The translations under genes were made by a program, and so were the position numbers. Under the pieces are notes generated by a model. The model worked only from the letters and a program-made list of their open reading frames with translations, had not been told where the DNA came from and did no database searches. A stretch of DNA of 64,000 nucleotides from contig OZ250150.1 of NCBI GenBank assembly GCA_965237675.1, positions 2,528,001-2,592,000 on the forward strand, in the 5' to 3' direction. Source of the stretch: Candidatus Latescibacterota bacterium. Lineage in GTDB: Bacteria; Latescibacterota; UBA2968; GCA-2709665. Of this stretch, positions 41,641 to 52,600 are shown piece by piece; within the stretch, counting starts at the first letter, position 1; the number at the start of each line of letters is the position of its first letter.

Positions 41641-42672
41641 ATGACAAACTGTCGATACATACCGGGATTGAGCTGTGTAACCCTCCTCGTCTGTCTAATC
41701 TTGGCACATCAACCGGCGTGCGCGGGAGAGGGCGCCGGGGATCCGGCGTATCAGTTGGTCAGCCGGCAGGAAATACTGGAGGCGATGCGGCAGGCCGATG
41801 GTTACGACCCGACCGCGACGACGAACGGCGCCCGGTTCCAATGGGAAGTGGTGCTCGATCTTGCCCGGCGTGCAGAGCAGCGCGATCCGGAGGGACCGCC
41901 GCTGTTTATCAACGCCGAGGACTGGTATCGGGCGTTTGTGGAGGTGACGGGACGCACGGATAGCGAAATGCCCCTGTACGCCCGGCTAACCCATCAATAC
42001 GAACAGCATATGGACGTGGAATATCGAATGGATCGGGTGATCCGGAAGGTTATCGAGGGACCGACGCCTCAATTCGCATTGAATGTGCGAATCTGGTGGG
42101 AGGACCGGCCGGGCAAGCCGGATCGCTACTCGTACCTGGATACGCTCGCAACACCCAATCTCAAGGTTACCAATCACCGAGTGATGGCCTATCGGTTGCT
42201 GGATCTTGGAGATTGGTTGGTTTGCGATAAGATTGAGGGGATTACGGGGCGTCCGACGTCAGGTTTGTTGGGGCTTATTTTTCGGATTCTCGGCGACGGA
42301 CACCTTATACACTCTCAAATGGCAATTTCAAACGACGGTCTCCAGATTGTTCGCGGGACGTCGAAAAAGGGGTTCTTGAGCAAGACGACCACCGCAACGA
42401 TCTATCCGGATGGCGAAATGATCAAGGATCTGCCGGAAAGCCGGCCCGACCTGTTGGAACTGAAGCAACGGATCAAGAAGCCACTGGAAGTCGATTACGT
42501 AAAACTTCCTGACGACAGGATTCGGGTCCCAAAAAGCCCTGCTTTGGAGGAAACCGATGGACGGGCAGACAAGCGACGCGAGATACACGATGGGACGCAG
42601 CAAGGAGGAAGAGGAACGGTTGATTCATCAGTCGCAACTGTACGACGCCATCACCCGCCGGTTTCTCAATGA
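41641..42672 (+). CDS. Hypothetical secreted protein
   Basis: Signal peptide (LILAHQPACA); 343 aa; the tail overlaps a methyltransferase stub and may be a read-through artefact. Confidence 0.7.
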   Translation: MTNCRYIPGLSCVTLLVCLILAHQPACAGEGAGDPAYQLVSRQEILEAMRQADGYDPTATTNGARFQWEVVLDLARRAEQRDPEGPPLFINAEDWYRAFVEVTGRTDSEMPLYARLTHQYEQHMDVEYRMDRVIRKVIEGPTPQFALNVRIWWEDRPGKPDRYSYLDTLATPNLKVTNHRVMAYRLLDLGDWLVCDKIEGITGRPTSGLLGLIFRILGDGHLIHSQMAISNDGLQIVRGTSKKGFLSKTTTATIYPDGEMIKDLPESRPDLLELKQRIKKPLEVDYVKLPDDRIRVPKSPALEETDGRADKRREIHDGTQQGGRGTVDSSVATVRRHHPPVSQ

Positions 42673-42680
42673 AGCATGCG
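42557..42680 (+). pseudogene. N-terminal stub of a class I SAM methyltransferase
   Basis: RBS GGAGG, MDGQTSDARYTMGRSKEEEERLIHQSQLYDAITRRFLNEA; breaks off before the SAM motif, next to a REP. Confidence 0.55.
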
Positions 42681-42698
42681 TTGGACGCGGGTGGTGCC

Positions 42699-42726
42699 GT
42701 AGGGGCAACGCATGCGTTGCCCCTAC
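42699..42726. repeat. GTAG-family REP, perfect 28-bp palindrome
   Basis: GTAGGGGCAACGCATGCGTTGCCCCTAC. Confidence 0.85.
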
Positions 42727-42789
42727 ATTCGTGTTGTCAACACATTAATCGATCCGCGTCCTCTGAATCCTCCCTGACAGGTGTCTTTT

Positions 42790-44067
42790 TCAGATCGGCC
42801 GTCCGGCGGCGCGGACACCTTTTTCTTCGTCAACCCGTCGTAGAATCAGACTACCCACGATAAACAGCACCGCCACGATCGAGATGCCGACCCTTTGGGA
42901 CTGAAAAGCGCGGGTGAGTTCGCCCAGGGCAAGAGGGCCGAGAAAAGCCGTGGCTTTGCCTGAAAAGGCAAACAACCCGAAAAACTCGTTCTCCCTTTCC
43001 GGTGGAACGAATCGGCTCAGGAGCGAACGGCTGGCCGACTGGTTCGGCCCGGCAAAAAAACCCGCCATGATGCCGGAAATCCAGAAGACCGTCTTGCTGT
43101 GGGCGAAGACGGCCATCAGCGTTGCCGCGATGAGAAAGAGGAGGCTGATCTGGATGGTCCGTTTGCCGCCCAACCGGTCATCGAGGAAGCCTAGCGCAAA
43201 CGCTCCGGTACCCGCTGCGACGTTCAGGACAATGCCGAAGACCATGATCTCGTTGAACGTGAAACCGAACGTACCTGCCGCGTAAATGCCGCCGAAGGCG
43301 AAGATGGTGATGAGTCCGTCATTGTAGACGAGACGGGCGATAAGTAATTTGATAATCTCCCGATATTGACCGGCTTCCCTAAACGTCCTGACGAGTTGGC
43401 GATAGGTGGACGACAGGATCCCGCGCGTTCGAGTCGCGCGGGTTTTTTTTTCTTGAACCCAGAGGAAGATGGGGACGCTGAAAACCGCAAACCAGACGGC
43501 GACGAGCAGATTGGTTGCCCGGATATTCGCGCCGGCATCTCTTGTGATGCCGAACCATGGGGTTTCCGGGCTGACGAATCCGATCATGGCGATGCCCATC
43601 GCCATGAGGCCGCCTATGTAGCCCAGCCCCCACCCGTACCCGGAGATGCGGCCGATGTATTTCCCTGGCGCGATGTCCGGCAGAAACGCGTTATAAAAGA
43701 CATTTCCCATTTCAAAGGCGAAGTTCGCTACGACGAACCAGAGCAGAGCCGTCATGACCTGGCCCGGCAATGCCGTGTACAGGCCGGTGGTGGCAATGAC
43801 TGCGACTACCGTGGAGAGAAGGAGGAAGCCCTTTCGGAAACCGCCGCGGTCCGCAAGGGCGCCGGCCAGGGGCGAGAACAGCGCCACGGCGAGGGCGGAG
43901 AAAGTGACCCCTCTGGACCACAGCGTCGTGCCGATGATTTCGTCTGGCGCAAGGGACTTTACAAAGTACGTGGAATAGATGAAGGTGACTACGAGGGTGG
44001 TGAAGGCGGAGTTGGCAAAGTCGTACATTGCCCATGACGCGACGGTTTTTTTGTCAATTTTATTCAA
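42790..44067 (-). CDS. MFS transporter, UMF1/Atg22-like
   Basis: SWAMYDFANSAF, FYNAFLP, GRISGYGWGLGYIGG, YNDGL, QSASRS, EFFGLF. Confidence 0.9.
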   Translation of the reverse strand: MNKIDKKTVASWAMYDFANSAFTTLVVTFIYSTYFVKSLAPDEIIGTTLWSRGVTFSALAVALFSPLAGALADRGGFRKGFLLLSTVVAVIATTGLYTALPGQVMTALLWFVVANFAFEMGNVFYNAFLPDIAPGKYIGRISGYGWGLGYIGGLMAMGIAMIGFVSPETPWFGITRDAGANIRATNLLVAVWFAVFSVPIFLWVQEKKTRATRTRGILSSTYRQLVRTFREAGQYREIIKLLIARLVYNDGLITIFAFGGIYAAGTFGFTFNEIMVFGIVLNVAAGTGAFALGFLDDRLGGKRTIQISLLFLIAATLMAVFAHSKTVFWISGIMAGFFAGPNQSASRSLLSRFVPPERENEFFGLFAFSGKATAFLGPLALGELTRAFQSQRVGISIVAVLFIVGSLILRRVDEEKGVRAAGRPI

Positions 44068-44460
44068 ATGTGGGTGAACCCTTCGGATTGGTATCTAATC
44101 AAGCGGTAAGAGGCACGATTTAGAGGGGAAAGGCGGACGATAAGTAACGCTCCGCGGCCATGAAGTCATTCCCTTAACTTTTTATTATTAATTTTCTCCG
44201 TCCTTTTTCTTGTACGCCCAAGAAAAAGGACCAAAAAGAACGGCGCCGCTCGGCGCGGAGCCGGTTTTTCCGCGAATCTCCTTAGTGGAGAAATCGTGAG
44301 ACATTGCCCTGAGACCGCCTGAGTATACACGAGGCGACACTGCCGGACGGATCCGCGCGGAAAAACCCCCAACGCCACCACCGGTCGCACGAGGGATAAA
44401 TCTCAGGAGCGGGCGAACCCCTCTAAAACGAAAACTGCGAGTTTTTCCGCGCGGACACGA

Positions 44461-44485
44461 GGGCAACCCCAAGGGTTGCCCCTAC
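44461..44485 (-). repeat. GTAG-family REP palindrome
   Basis: GTAGGGGCAACCCTTGGGGTTGCCC. Confidence 0.8.
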
Positions 44486-44584
44486 ATAAACATTGTAGAA
44501 GGCGCAGACGTCAATCGATTCGCTCTTTGCTGTTCGCTTTACGCTGATAACTGACGGCTGACAGCTGGTTTTGCTTCAGTACTA

Positions 44585-45806
44585 GTACCCATTGACGGCT
44601 AAAGCGCCGCGTAGTCTGGGTACAGCTTTCTCAGTTTGATCCGAGCATCGTTGGTCGTGAACCGCCAATGGACAGCCTTGCTTTTGTTGTTGCGATCGTT
44701 CGTCCAGGCGGAAATCTGCTCTTTGAGGGATTCAATATCGGGGATGCGTTCCTTCAAGCATTGGTTGCTCAAGACGCTGAGTTCGATCTCGGCGATGTTG
44801 AGCCAGCTCCCGTGTTTGGGCGTGTAGTGGATTTCGAGACGCTTGGCCAGACGGCGAGCTTCTTCGGGTGAGAACGCCTTGTAGAGTGCCGCGGGCGTGT
44901 GCGTGTTGAGGTTATCACACACCAAGACGACGGTTTCGGCTTCACGGTAGTGAGTATCAAGGAGATCCTTGATCTCTTGGGCCCAGTCCACCGCGGTCTT
45001 GCGTTGTCTTACACGGACCTTGCGCCAGCCCGCCAGCGGTTCGGTGAACATGAAGTTCACGGCGGTTCCGTTACGTTCATACTCGTAATCGTAGCGTTCA
45101 GGTTTGCCCGGACGTGTTGCGATCACAGTACGCGTCTCCCTGACCAACTGGACCGGGTGTTCGTCCATATTGACAACGGGCCTCTTGGCGTCGTACGGCC
45201 GCTGATAGACGTCCAGGATATCCTCCATCGCGGCGACAAACGCGGCGTTTTGCTTGGGCGGAATCACCCAGCACGTTCTCAGGTGAGGCCTAAGTTTGTT
45301 TTTTTTAGCGTCCGCTGCACCGTTCGGTATGAGATGCTATCGATGATCTCCAGGGCCACGAGTTCATCGGCCAGCAGCTTCAGCGTCCACCGCTTATGTC
45401 CCTTTGGAGGTTCACTGCAAGCCAACGCGATCAATCGGGCTTCCTTAGCACCATCCAGCTTTCTTTCGGTGGGAGGATGGGCTCGCTTCTTTCGCTCAAG
45501 GGCCGAATCCAGGCCCTCCAACACAAAACGCTTCCGGATGCCCTCAACCGTAGACCGATTGCACGAAAAGGCCTCCGCGATCTGCCGATCCAGCCAGGCC
45601 GGACCCTCTGCATCGGCCTTGAGAAGTACGTGGGCGTGCCTTATTCGGTAGGCTTGCGTCTTGCCTTTGCTTACCAGATCCTGCAGCCGCTCCCGTTCTT
45701 CGGGCGTCAGACGTACAACGTATTTCTTCGGCATGCCGATGGCTCCTTCGTCTTGAGGGGAGACATCAAACTATAGGCACGCGCAGTATTAGAAGTCAAC
45801 AGGTAC
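44585..45806 (-). mobile_element. Complete IS630-family element; transposase in two ORFs (45279-45734, 44599-45267) joined by a -1 frameshift
   Basis: Ends TAGTACCCATTGAC / TAGTACCTGTTGAC within CTAG sites (TA duplication); A8 run at 45299-45306 giving LKKNKLRPHL..WVIPP; DDE residues DEHP, DNLNTH, WLNIAE. Confidence 0.92.
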
Positions 45807-48688
45807 TAGAATTCCGCTGTCAGGCCGACGGATAAGAGCCGACCGATTTCGGGGGCTCCAACGAATTCACGGTGTTTCTGGTTGAACATGTTGGATGCGT
45901 TCACTTTGAGCGCGACGGTTCCATCTGTAATCATGGACGGCAGTTCGTACCTCACGTTCGCGTCGAAGACCAGGGAGGAATTGACGTTGCCGATGTAGAC
46001 ACCCGAGTTCATCGGGAACCCGCTGCGGCCACGGAGGCGAAACCCGAACCGGACCCCGGAATCCTGCATTTTGGCGGTCGCGCCGAGCGTGAATTTGTTG
46101 CGCGGGGCGTTGAGCGCGATGTCCGCGATACCGCCCAGATTCTTGAACAGGTCCTTGTTGACGTGTGAATAGCTGCCCGAAAATGTCCACGTGTCATCCG
46201 CGTAGTAGGCGACGCTGACGTCCACGCCGTAAAAGTCGACGTCGCCGAAGTTGCGGAAGGTCAACATAATCGCATTGGGATCGGAGGATTGCAGGGGCGT
46301 CACCGTGCCGAAGGGGATGAATGCGGCGCCGTTATTATTTGTTCCCGCCACGAAGAGACGGGTGAGTTCGTCTACGGGGGTGTTGTTTCCGTTGCCGCCC
46401 TCACCAGGAGAATCCAGGAATGCGAGCGCGCCGGCCAGTGCGGCCGCGGACGGGTGTTGAAGGGCCTGAGCGATAGCGGCGGAAAGTGAGACCGAAAGAG
46501 CGGCTGGATCCAGGAATACGTTGGGCGTTTCCACGCGCAGTGGACCGACAAAGTCGTGGGTGCGGGTACGGTAGACGTCTGCCGCAAGCACGAGACGGTT
46601 CCCGAAGATGCCCTTGTAACCCACTTCATAGGTTTCCGTAATGGTGGGCCTGATTTTGTCGATGTCCCGTACGGTGGACGCTCCCAGGTCGGGGACCGGA
46701 TCGAAGGCTGCAGTCGAGGGGTTCAGAACCCTGAGGGTGTTCCTCAGGCCCGGAAGGGTTTGAGGGATGATATTCTGAAAAGCGACCGCCAGCCCCTCCA
46801 CCCGCTGGGCCGCCATGGCCGGAATCTGTTCCGGGGGGACCCCGGCGGCCGTGAGTAGTGCGGTCAACAGTTCCGTTGCTTTCGCCTTTAGTGATGGCAG
46901 GGCCGCAGCCATAACGGCGCTTCGCCCGATACCCCACATCACATTGCTGAAACGTGCGTCGTTCATCCCGATCTGGTGTGAAGGCGACAGGCCGATAACC
47001 TGAGCGAATGGCGAACGGAAATAGGGAACGCCGCTGGCATCCCTGCTGAAGGTGAATCCATCCTCGGTTCCCTGTGTGCGGATATCGAAGCTCGGGCTGA
47101 AACCCAGGACCGGTTGAAAGGCGCGACCCGTACCGAAGGCGTCCCTGGCGTGGGCGAGGTCCAGGAAGAGATTGTTTGGGGATGGCGTACCGAATGCCCT
47201 GTTGTACGTCAGCCTGAAGGTTTGCAAGGGGTCCGGTTTCAGAACAACGGCGGCCCGGGGAGAGAAGACACGCTCTTCAACGTGGTTGTGGTCGTCGTAC
47301 CGGGCGGCCGCTACCAGCGTCAGATATTCGTTAAGCGTGCTCTCGCCCTGCACGTAGACCCCGAATTCGTTGATATCGTCTCGGGTTTCATTGGAACCGT
47401 TGATGGTACCACCTGTATTCGGGCGCGTGAACAGGACGTCCACCCCGTAGGTAATCCGGTTACGGTCCGCCACGCTCAGGCCATGCTGGGCCTGCAGGAC
47501 CGTAAAGGAGGACTTGTCCACGATGGGCGCGTTTGTCCGCAGGAGTTTGGTATCCCGGGCGTCGTTGCCGTTGTGAAAGGCCTGCACGAAGATGTCCTTG
47601 AAAAGCAGGCGACCCTGGAGGGAATAATTGGTCCAGCCATCGGCCTGGCCCGCGCCGATACCCGTCATTTCAATACTGTTGATTTGCGCGAAGCCGGCGG
47701 AAAGGATCCCCGTGAGATCCTCGGTTGGACGAACGTCGAGTCGCAGTTCCCCGCTGATGCGGCGCACATCATAGTCTCTGGGATTCCTGCCGCGCAGTCG
47801 CACCTCCTCCGGGTCAGTGTATTCCCAGTCCGTTCCGGAAAAGTACTGGCCCGAAAGTTTGACACCGACTTTTTCGGCTGTGGCGGCGTGCCTGAAGGAG
47901 AGTTTGCGCAGGTCGCGTTCGCCGCCCATGACGCTGACAGAGGTGCCTTCGGAGCCGAAGGGCGACCGGGTGATGATGTGCATCACGCCGTTCGCGCTGT
48001 TTGGACCATAGAGGGCCGACCCGGGTCCCAGCACGACCTCGACGCGTTCGATGTCGTGGTTTGTAACGGAAATGAAGTGGTGGGCGTTGAACCGGAGAGA
48101 AGGCACGCGCGTAATGCGGTTGTCCACCAGTGTAAGCAGCGTTCCGGAGAAGACGTTGTTAAAGCCGCGCGTGACGGTGTTGGCCTGGACCAGGCCGGTC
48201 TGAGCGTTGTCCACGCCCGCAAGGCCCACGATGTAATCCGCGGCGCTCAATCCGCGCTGAGCCCGCACGGCGTCGGATTCGACGACCGCGACCGAGGCCG
48301 GCGCATCCAGGACTTTTTCCCGCCGGCGGGATGCGGAAACGATGATCTGGTCTCCATAGAGAACCTCGACGTCCAGACTGAAGTCGAGGTTAGTCTCGCC
48401 GCCGTCGGATATCCGGACGTTGCTCCGGGTCGCGGTCTCGTATCCGACGAAGGAAACCGAGACTTCATAGACGCCGTCCGGCAGACCTGCGGCCTCGTAC
48501 CTGCCGTTCACGTCGGAGACGACTTTGATGGGAGCCTGTAGCGCCGCGCTCTGGACAATAACGTTGGCGCCGTACAGAGCATCGCTCCCCGCACCGGTGA
48601 TATGTCCCTTGATAGAGCCCGTGCCCTGCGCGAAGGCGGGAGCGACGAAGCACAATAACAGGGCCAGGGCCGTTTTTGCGGATGTCAT
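45806..48688 (-). CDS. TonB-dependent receptor with carboxypeptidase-regulatory-like N-terminal domain
   Basis: Signal peptide from ATG 48688; VSFVGY, IIVSASRR, IERVEVVLGPGSALYG, SPR, NMFN, terminal F. Confidence 0.92.
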   Translation of the reverse strand: MTSAKTALALLLCFVAPAFAQGTGSIKGHITGAGSDALYGANVIVQSAALQAPIKVVSDVNGRYEAAGLPDGVYEVSVSFVGYETATRSNVRISDGGETNLDFSLDVEVLYGDQIIVSASRRREKVLDAPASVAVVESDAVRAQRGLSAADYIVGLAGVDNAQTGLVQANTVTRGFNNVFSGTLLTLVDNRITRVPSLRFNAHHFISVTNHDIERVEVVLGPGSALYGPNSANGVMHIITRSPFGSEGTSVSVMGGERDLRKLSFRHAATAEKVGVKLSGQYFSGTDWEYTDPEEVRLRGRNPRDYDVRRISGELRLDVRPTEDLTGILSAGFAQINSIEMTGIGAGQADGWTNYSLQGRLLFKDIFVQAFHNGNDARDTKLLRTNAPIVDKSSFTVLQAQHGLSVADRNRITYGVDVLFTRPNTGGTINGSNETRDDINEFGVYVQGESTLNEYLTLVAAARYDDHNHVEERVFSPRAAVVLKPDPLQTFRLTYNRAFGTPSPNNLFLDLAHARDAFGTGRAFQPVLGFSPSFDIRTQGTEDGFTFSRDASGVPYFRSPFAQVIGLSPSHQIGMNDARFSNVMWGIGRSAVMAAALPSLKAKATELLTALLTAAGVPPEQIPAMAAQRVEGLAVAFQNIIPQTLPGLRNTLRVLNPSTAAFDPVPDLGASTVRDIDKIRPTITETYEVGYKGIFGNRLVLAADVYRTRTHDFVGPLRVETPNVFLDPAALSVSLSAAIAQALQHPSAAALAGALAFLDSPGEGGNGNNTPVDELTRLFVAGTNNNGAAFIPFGTVTPLQSSDPNAIMLTFRNFGDVDFYGVDVSVAYYADDTWTFSGSYSHVNKDLFKNLGGIADIALNAPRNKFTLGATAKMQDSGVRFGFRLRGRSGFPMNSGVYIGNVNSSLVFDANVRYELPSMITDGTVALKVNASNMFNQKHREFVGAPEIGRLLSVGLTAEF

Positions 48689-48746
48689 ACGTTCACCCCT
48701 TACGGTTGAAAATCTGAGTTTTGTACTCGCGTCTGGCGTTCGAAAT

Positions 48747-49337
48747 CTAGCAGGAATCAGCTGCGGGTTTGACATCGACTTCAGCATCCGGAACGGTCAG
48801 GGCTGCTCTGATTGCACCCGCCAGCGGTTCCGCGGAAGCCAGATACTGGCGCGTGCTCGAGAAGACGCCGCCGCCGATCTTTTCGCCGGGCTGTCTCGGT
48901 ATCAACTGAAAGTGCAGATGGGACCGCTTTCCGGAACACATGGTGACCTGATAGACTTTGTCGCAGCCTGTAACCGTCTTCAGTGCCCGGGTCAGTCGGA
49001 GCATAACCGTCATTAACTCACTGCCGAACTCGTCCGACAATGCGGCGATATCCGGGACGTGTGGTTTGGCGATCACGATCGTGTGGCCAAGGCCGCGCGG
49101 GTAACGTTCGAGAATCGCGAAACATCGCTCGTCTTTGAGCAGCAATTCGCCGTCACCGTTCGACGTGGCGTCTCCCGTGGCGATTTCTTGACAGGTCGCG
49201 CAGACCCCCCGCTCGCGGAGCCGGATCCATCTCCGTCCGCGCTCGGCGCGCTCTTGCAGTTCGTGCTCGGTGGCAGGTCGTACACAGCTCTGTAGACGAG
49301 CGAAATTCGCCATCGCCGGTTTGCTATCTCCCATCAA
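48747..49337 (-). CDS. HIT-superfamily nucleotide hydrolase/transferase (HxHxQ variant)
   Basis: CATC, YPRGLGHTIVI.KPH, HLHFQLIPR. Confidence 0.8.
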   Translation of the reverse strand: MMGDSKPAMANFARLQSCVRPATEHELQERAERGRRWIRLRERGVCATCQEIATGDATSNGDGELLLKDERCFAILERYPRGLGHTIVIAKPHVPDIAALSDEFGSELMTVMLRLTRALKTVTGCDKVYQVTMCSGKRSHLHFQLIPRQPGEKIGGGVFSSTRQYLASAEPLAGAIRAALTVPDAEVDVKPAADSC

Positions 49338-49641
49338 TTCGCCAGTGTCGCAAATTGCGACGGTTAGTTTTCTTAATATATGGCATTTTATTATTGGTGT
49401 GTGAAGAAATCAACACGTCGAGGACCGTCTATCGAGTTTGCGGGGAGAATTGGGAAATGAAACGAGTTGCCTGTGTTGTGTCCCGGAAATAGATTGCCGA
49501 AATTCGGCCGACGAGCGAGGGCAACCCACGCGACGAACATCATTGAGCCTGCACCCCGAGCCGCTCCCTGAGCCAGCGCAGGCAACGCACGCAATGACCA
49601 CGCATTGACAAGCTCAGTGCACGCAGCGCACGCGAGAAGGT

Positions 49642-52600
49642 TTACGGAAGCACGATTTTTCCCAGGTATTCCCTGAGTTTGGGCGGAACGTGCTTTCGTA
49701 TCAGGCTCTTCTCCAACGTCCAGGCCGTTTCCGCGTCGAGCTTCTTTTCAAAGTGAACTGATTTTCCTTCGTACCGAGCGACGGGTTCCCCATCGCGAAA
49801 CAGGATTCGGTTTCCGGGAATCGCCGGGATACGCCGGCCCGGCGTAACGACACCGACCAGGTTGACCGGATCGCAGGCGCTGACCGATACGAGTTCGCCC
49901 CGTCTCTTCTCCCGTTTCAGGGACCGGATGACGGTAATCGCCGCTGGAAGTGCGTACTGCTCTCCCCATCTCTCCACAAATCGGCCTCCCCGGACCTCGC
50001 CGCGATCCTCCATCCGCCTCAAGACCCGGACGAGGTCGCGCCACGGCGGTATGCCGCTCTCTCTGGCCAGTACCCGTCTGAAGACAACCCCGTAACGTTT
50101 CAGAAGAATTCGTGCGCATTGTTCGATATCGGCCTGATCCTCGAATTCGGGTTCGATCAGGGACCACCGGCCCGCCTGTTCCATGCCGAAGACCGGCCCC
50201 CGATTCCGCCGGGACCGCACCTTGAATTTCTCCGGTATCAGAAGCGCCCGCAGCCCCGCGAAGCTGTCGCACGTCAGCTTTCCGGCCGCCACCAACTCGG
50301 CAATGGCGCTCTCGATCTCGCTCCTGAGCATTTTCGACCTGGCAAGGATGTCGTGGTAAAACAGCGCGCCGCCGGCTTTCAGACACTCGAATACCCGTTG
50401 CGCGGACGGGGTCAGGACCGGCGTGCACGACTCCGCAGGGCGGAACGGCCAGGCCCCGAACGTGGTTCGATTGACCAGGGTGATGGGCGTGGTGCGGATG
50501 GGGGTATTTCCCGCCCTGGCGCTTTGTGTCCTGAGATAACGGCCCCACATGGTCTTTCCCGATAAGCAACAGGTATCCAGCCATAAGTGGTCGTAGTCCT
50601 TGATGCGCGAAGGCAGGACGTCGCTCTCCCACGCAATGGCGGGACAGGAGAATCCGTCGAGTTGATCCAGAACTTCCTTAAGCGCTTCGGGGCCTCCTTT
50701 CCGGGTGTCCTCCGTCAGGTTGTGCCAACGGAGTAGAAACCGCACGTAATCCGACGAGGAAATGGGTCTGATTGCCCGACGCAGCTTTTCGAGCGTATAT
50801 CGGTGGATACGCGCAAGCAGGCGGCGCTCGCACCATTCCGTTTCGGCGTCGGAAGGCAGGTCCGGGGAGAAGTGGCCTCTGATCGCGAAGCCCTCGGATT
50901 CCAGTGCGTGAAGAACCTGGTCAATCCGCTGCCTGGAAAGGCCCATATCCCTTGCGATTCGGGACGCGGTTGTCGGCCCCAGAAGCTCTATCCTGCCTCT
51001 GACCACGTCCGTGAGTACCTGTTCCGGATCCTCCGACGAAAATTCCCGGATGGAGTCGTGAACCGCCGTTGCGCCGCGTCCGACGGCTTCACCGTACAGA
51101 ACCTCGAATTGAGGAATCCTCTCCACGGCAATCCAGAGTTTCGGTCCGTCCCTCGGGTCGGCGGGTACCGCCTGACCGGACTCCACGAGCGACGCCAGGA
51201 GCGGGCGCCAGGTTCCATCGCCGCTTTCCATCACTTCCGTGTCGGTCAAGAACCCGTGCATCACCAGAACGTCATACAACTCATCCGCGTCTGTAACCGC
51301 GGGCCAGGCCTCCGCTTGCACCGCCTCGATCGCGCCTTTCTCGAGCTTGCCCAGCTTCCTGGCGTCTTCGGGTTCGAGCCGCCTGCGTGTTCGAACGGCC
51401 TGCACCCGCCTTTCCTCCAGGGGAGCGTCATCCAGAAACGCATACGGCCGCGCGTTGAGAATGCCTTCGGACATCGGGGAGGGTTCACGGAGATCGCGGG
51501 CGGACACTTCGATTTCACCGTTGTGAATCCGCTGGAGGAGACGTTCCAGAGCATCCACGTTCATCGCCTCGTGAAGGCAGTCGTGAATGGTCTGGTATAC
51601 GAGGGGGTGGTCCGGCACCTCGCGGTCGCCCGGGATGTTTTCCAGACAGGCGAGCTGGTCAGGGAATATCAGGGCCAGCAGGTCCTCAGCGTCGGAACGC
51701 TGGATCTGAGGGGGAACGCGTTCTCCGCCCCTTCGCCTGAGCACAGCCAGCGCCGTGCAGGCGTTCCAGCGCCATCGCGCCTGGAACATCGGCGCATCCA
51801 GCAGGGCCTGTACCAGAACCTCCCGAACCGTCCGGTCGTTCAGATAGCCGACCACTTCCTCAAGAGGGAAACTGTGCGTGGGCCCGAGGGAGAGGACCAG
51901 ACTCTCTTCGTTCGCCGCCGCCTGGAGTTCGAAGTTGAACTTGCGGCAGAATCGTTTTCGAAGGGCGAGCCCCCACGCCCGGTTCAACCGGTTTCCGAAA
52001 ACCGAATGAATGACGAGGTGCTGGTCGCCCACCTCGTCGAAGAAACGCTCCAGAACGATGTGCTTCTGCGACGGTACCAGGTCCAGAGATGCCTTTGTGG
52101 CAGCCAGATACGTGACCACCTGATCGGCCGCATCCGCGCTTGCGCCGGCCTCGTCCGTCAGCCAGGTGACGGCGTCCGTTTTCCATTCTCCGGATCCGTT
52201 TTCGTCGAGTTCATCGAGGTTTATCCGCGCAGACACTTCTTCGCGGACACGGGAGACCGACGTTGAGAGTTCCGCGGATCTGCCCGGGGCTTCGCCGATC
52301 CAGAACGGCATCGTGGGGGGAAGGCCGTCTGCGTCTTCGACACGCACCTTTCCGGTTTCCACCTTGAGGATGCGCCACGAAGCCGTGCCCAACTGAAAAA
52401 TGTCTCCCGGCAGGCTCTCCACGGCGAAATCCTCGTGTACGGAGCCGATCTGGACCCCCGACGGTTCGAGGCGCACGTCGTAGTCGAACTGGTCGGGGAT
52501 GGTTCCTCCCGACACGGTCGCGTTGAGACGGGCGCCTTTCTTGGCCCTCAATGTCCGGGTGACCGGATTGAAGTGGAGGTAGGACCTTCGCGTGCCCCTT

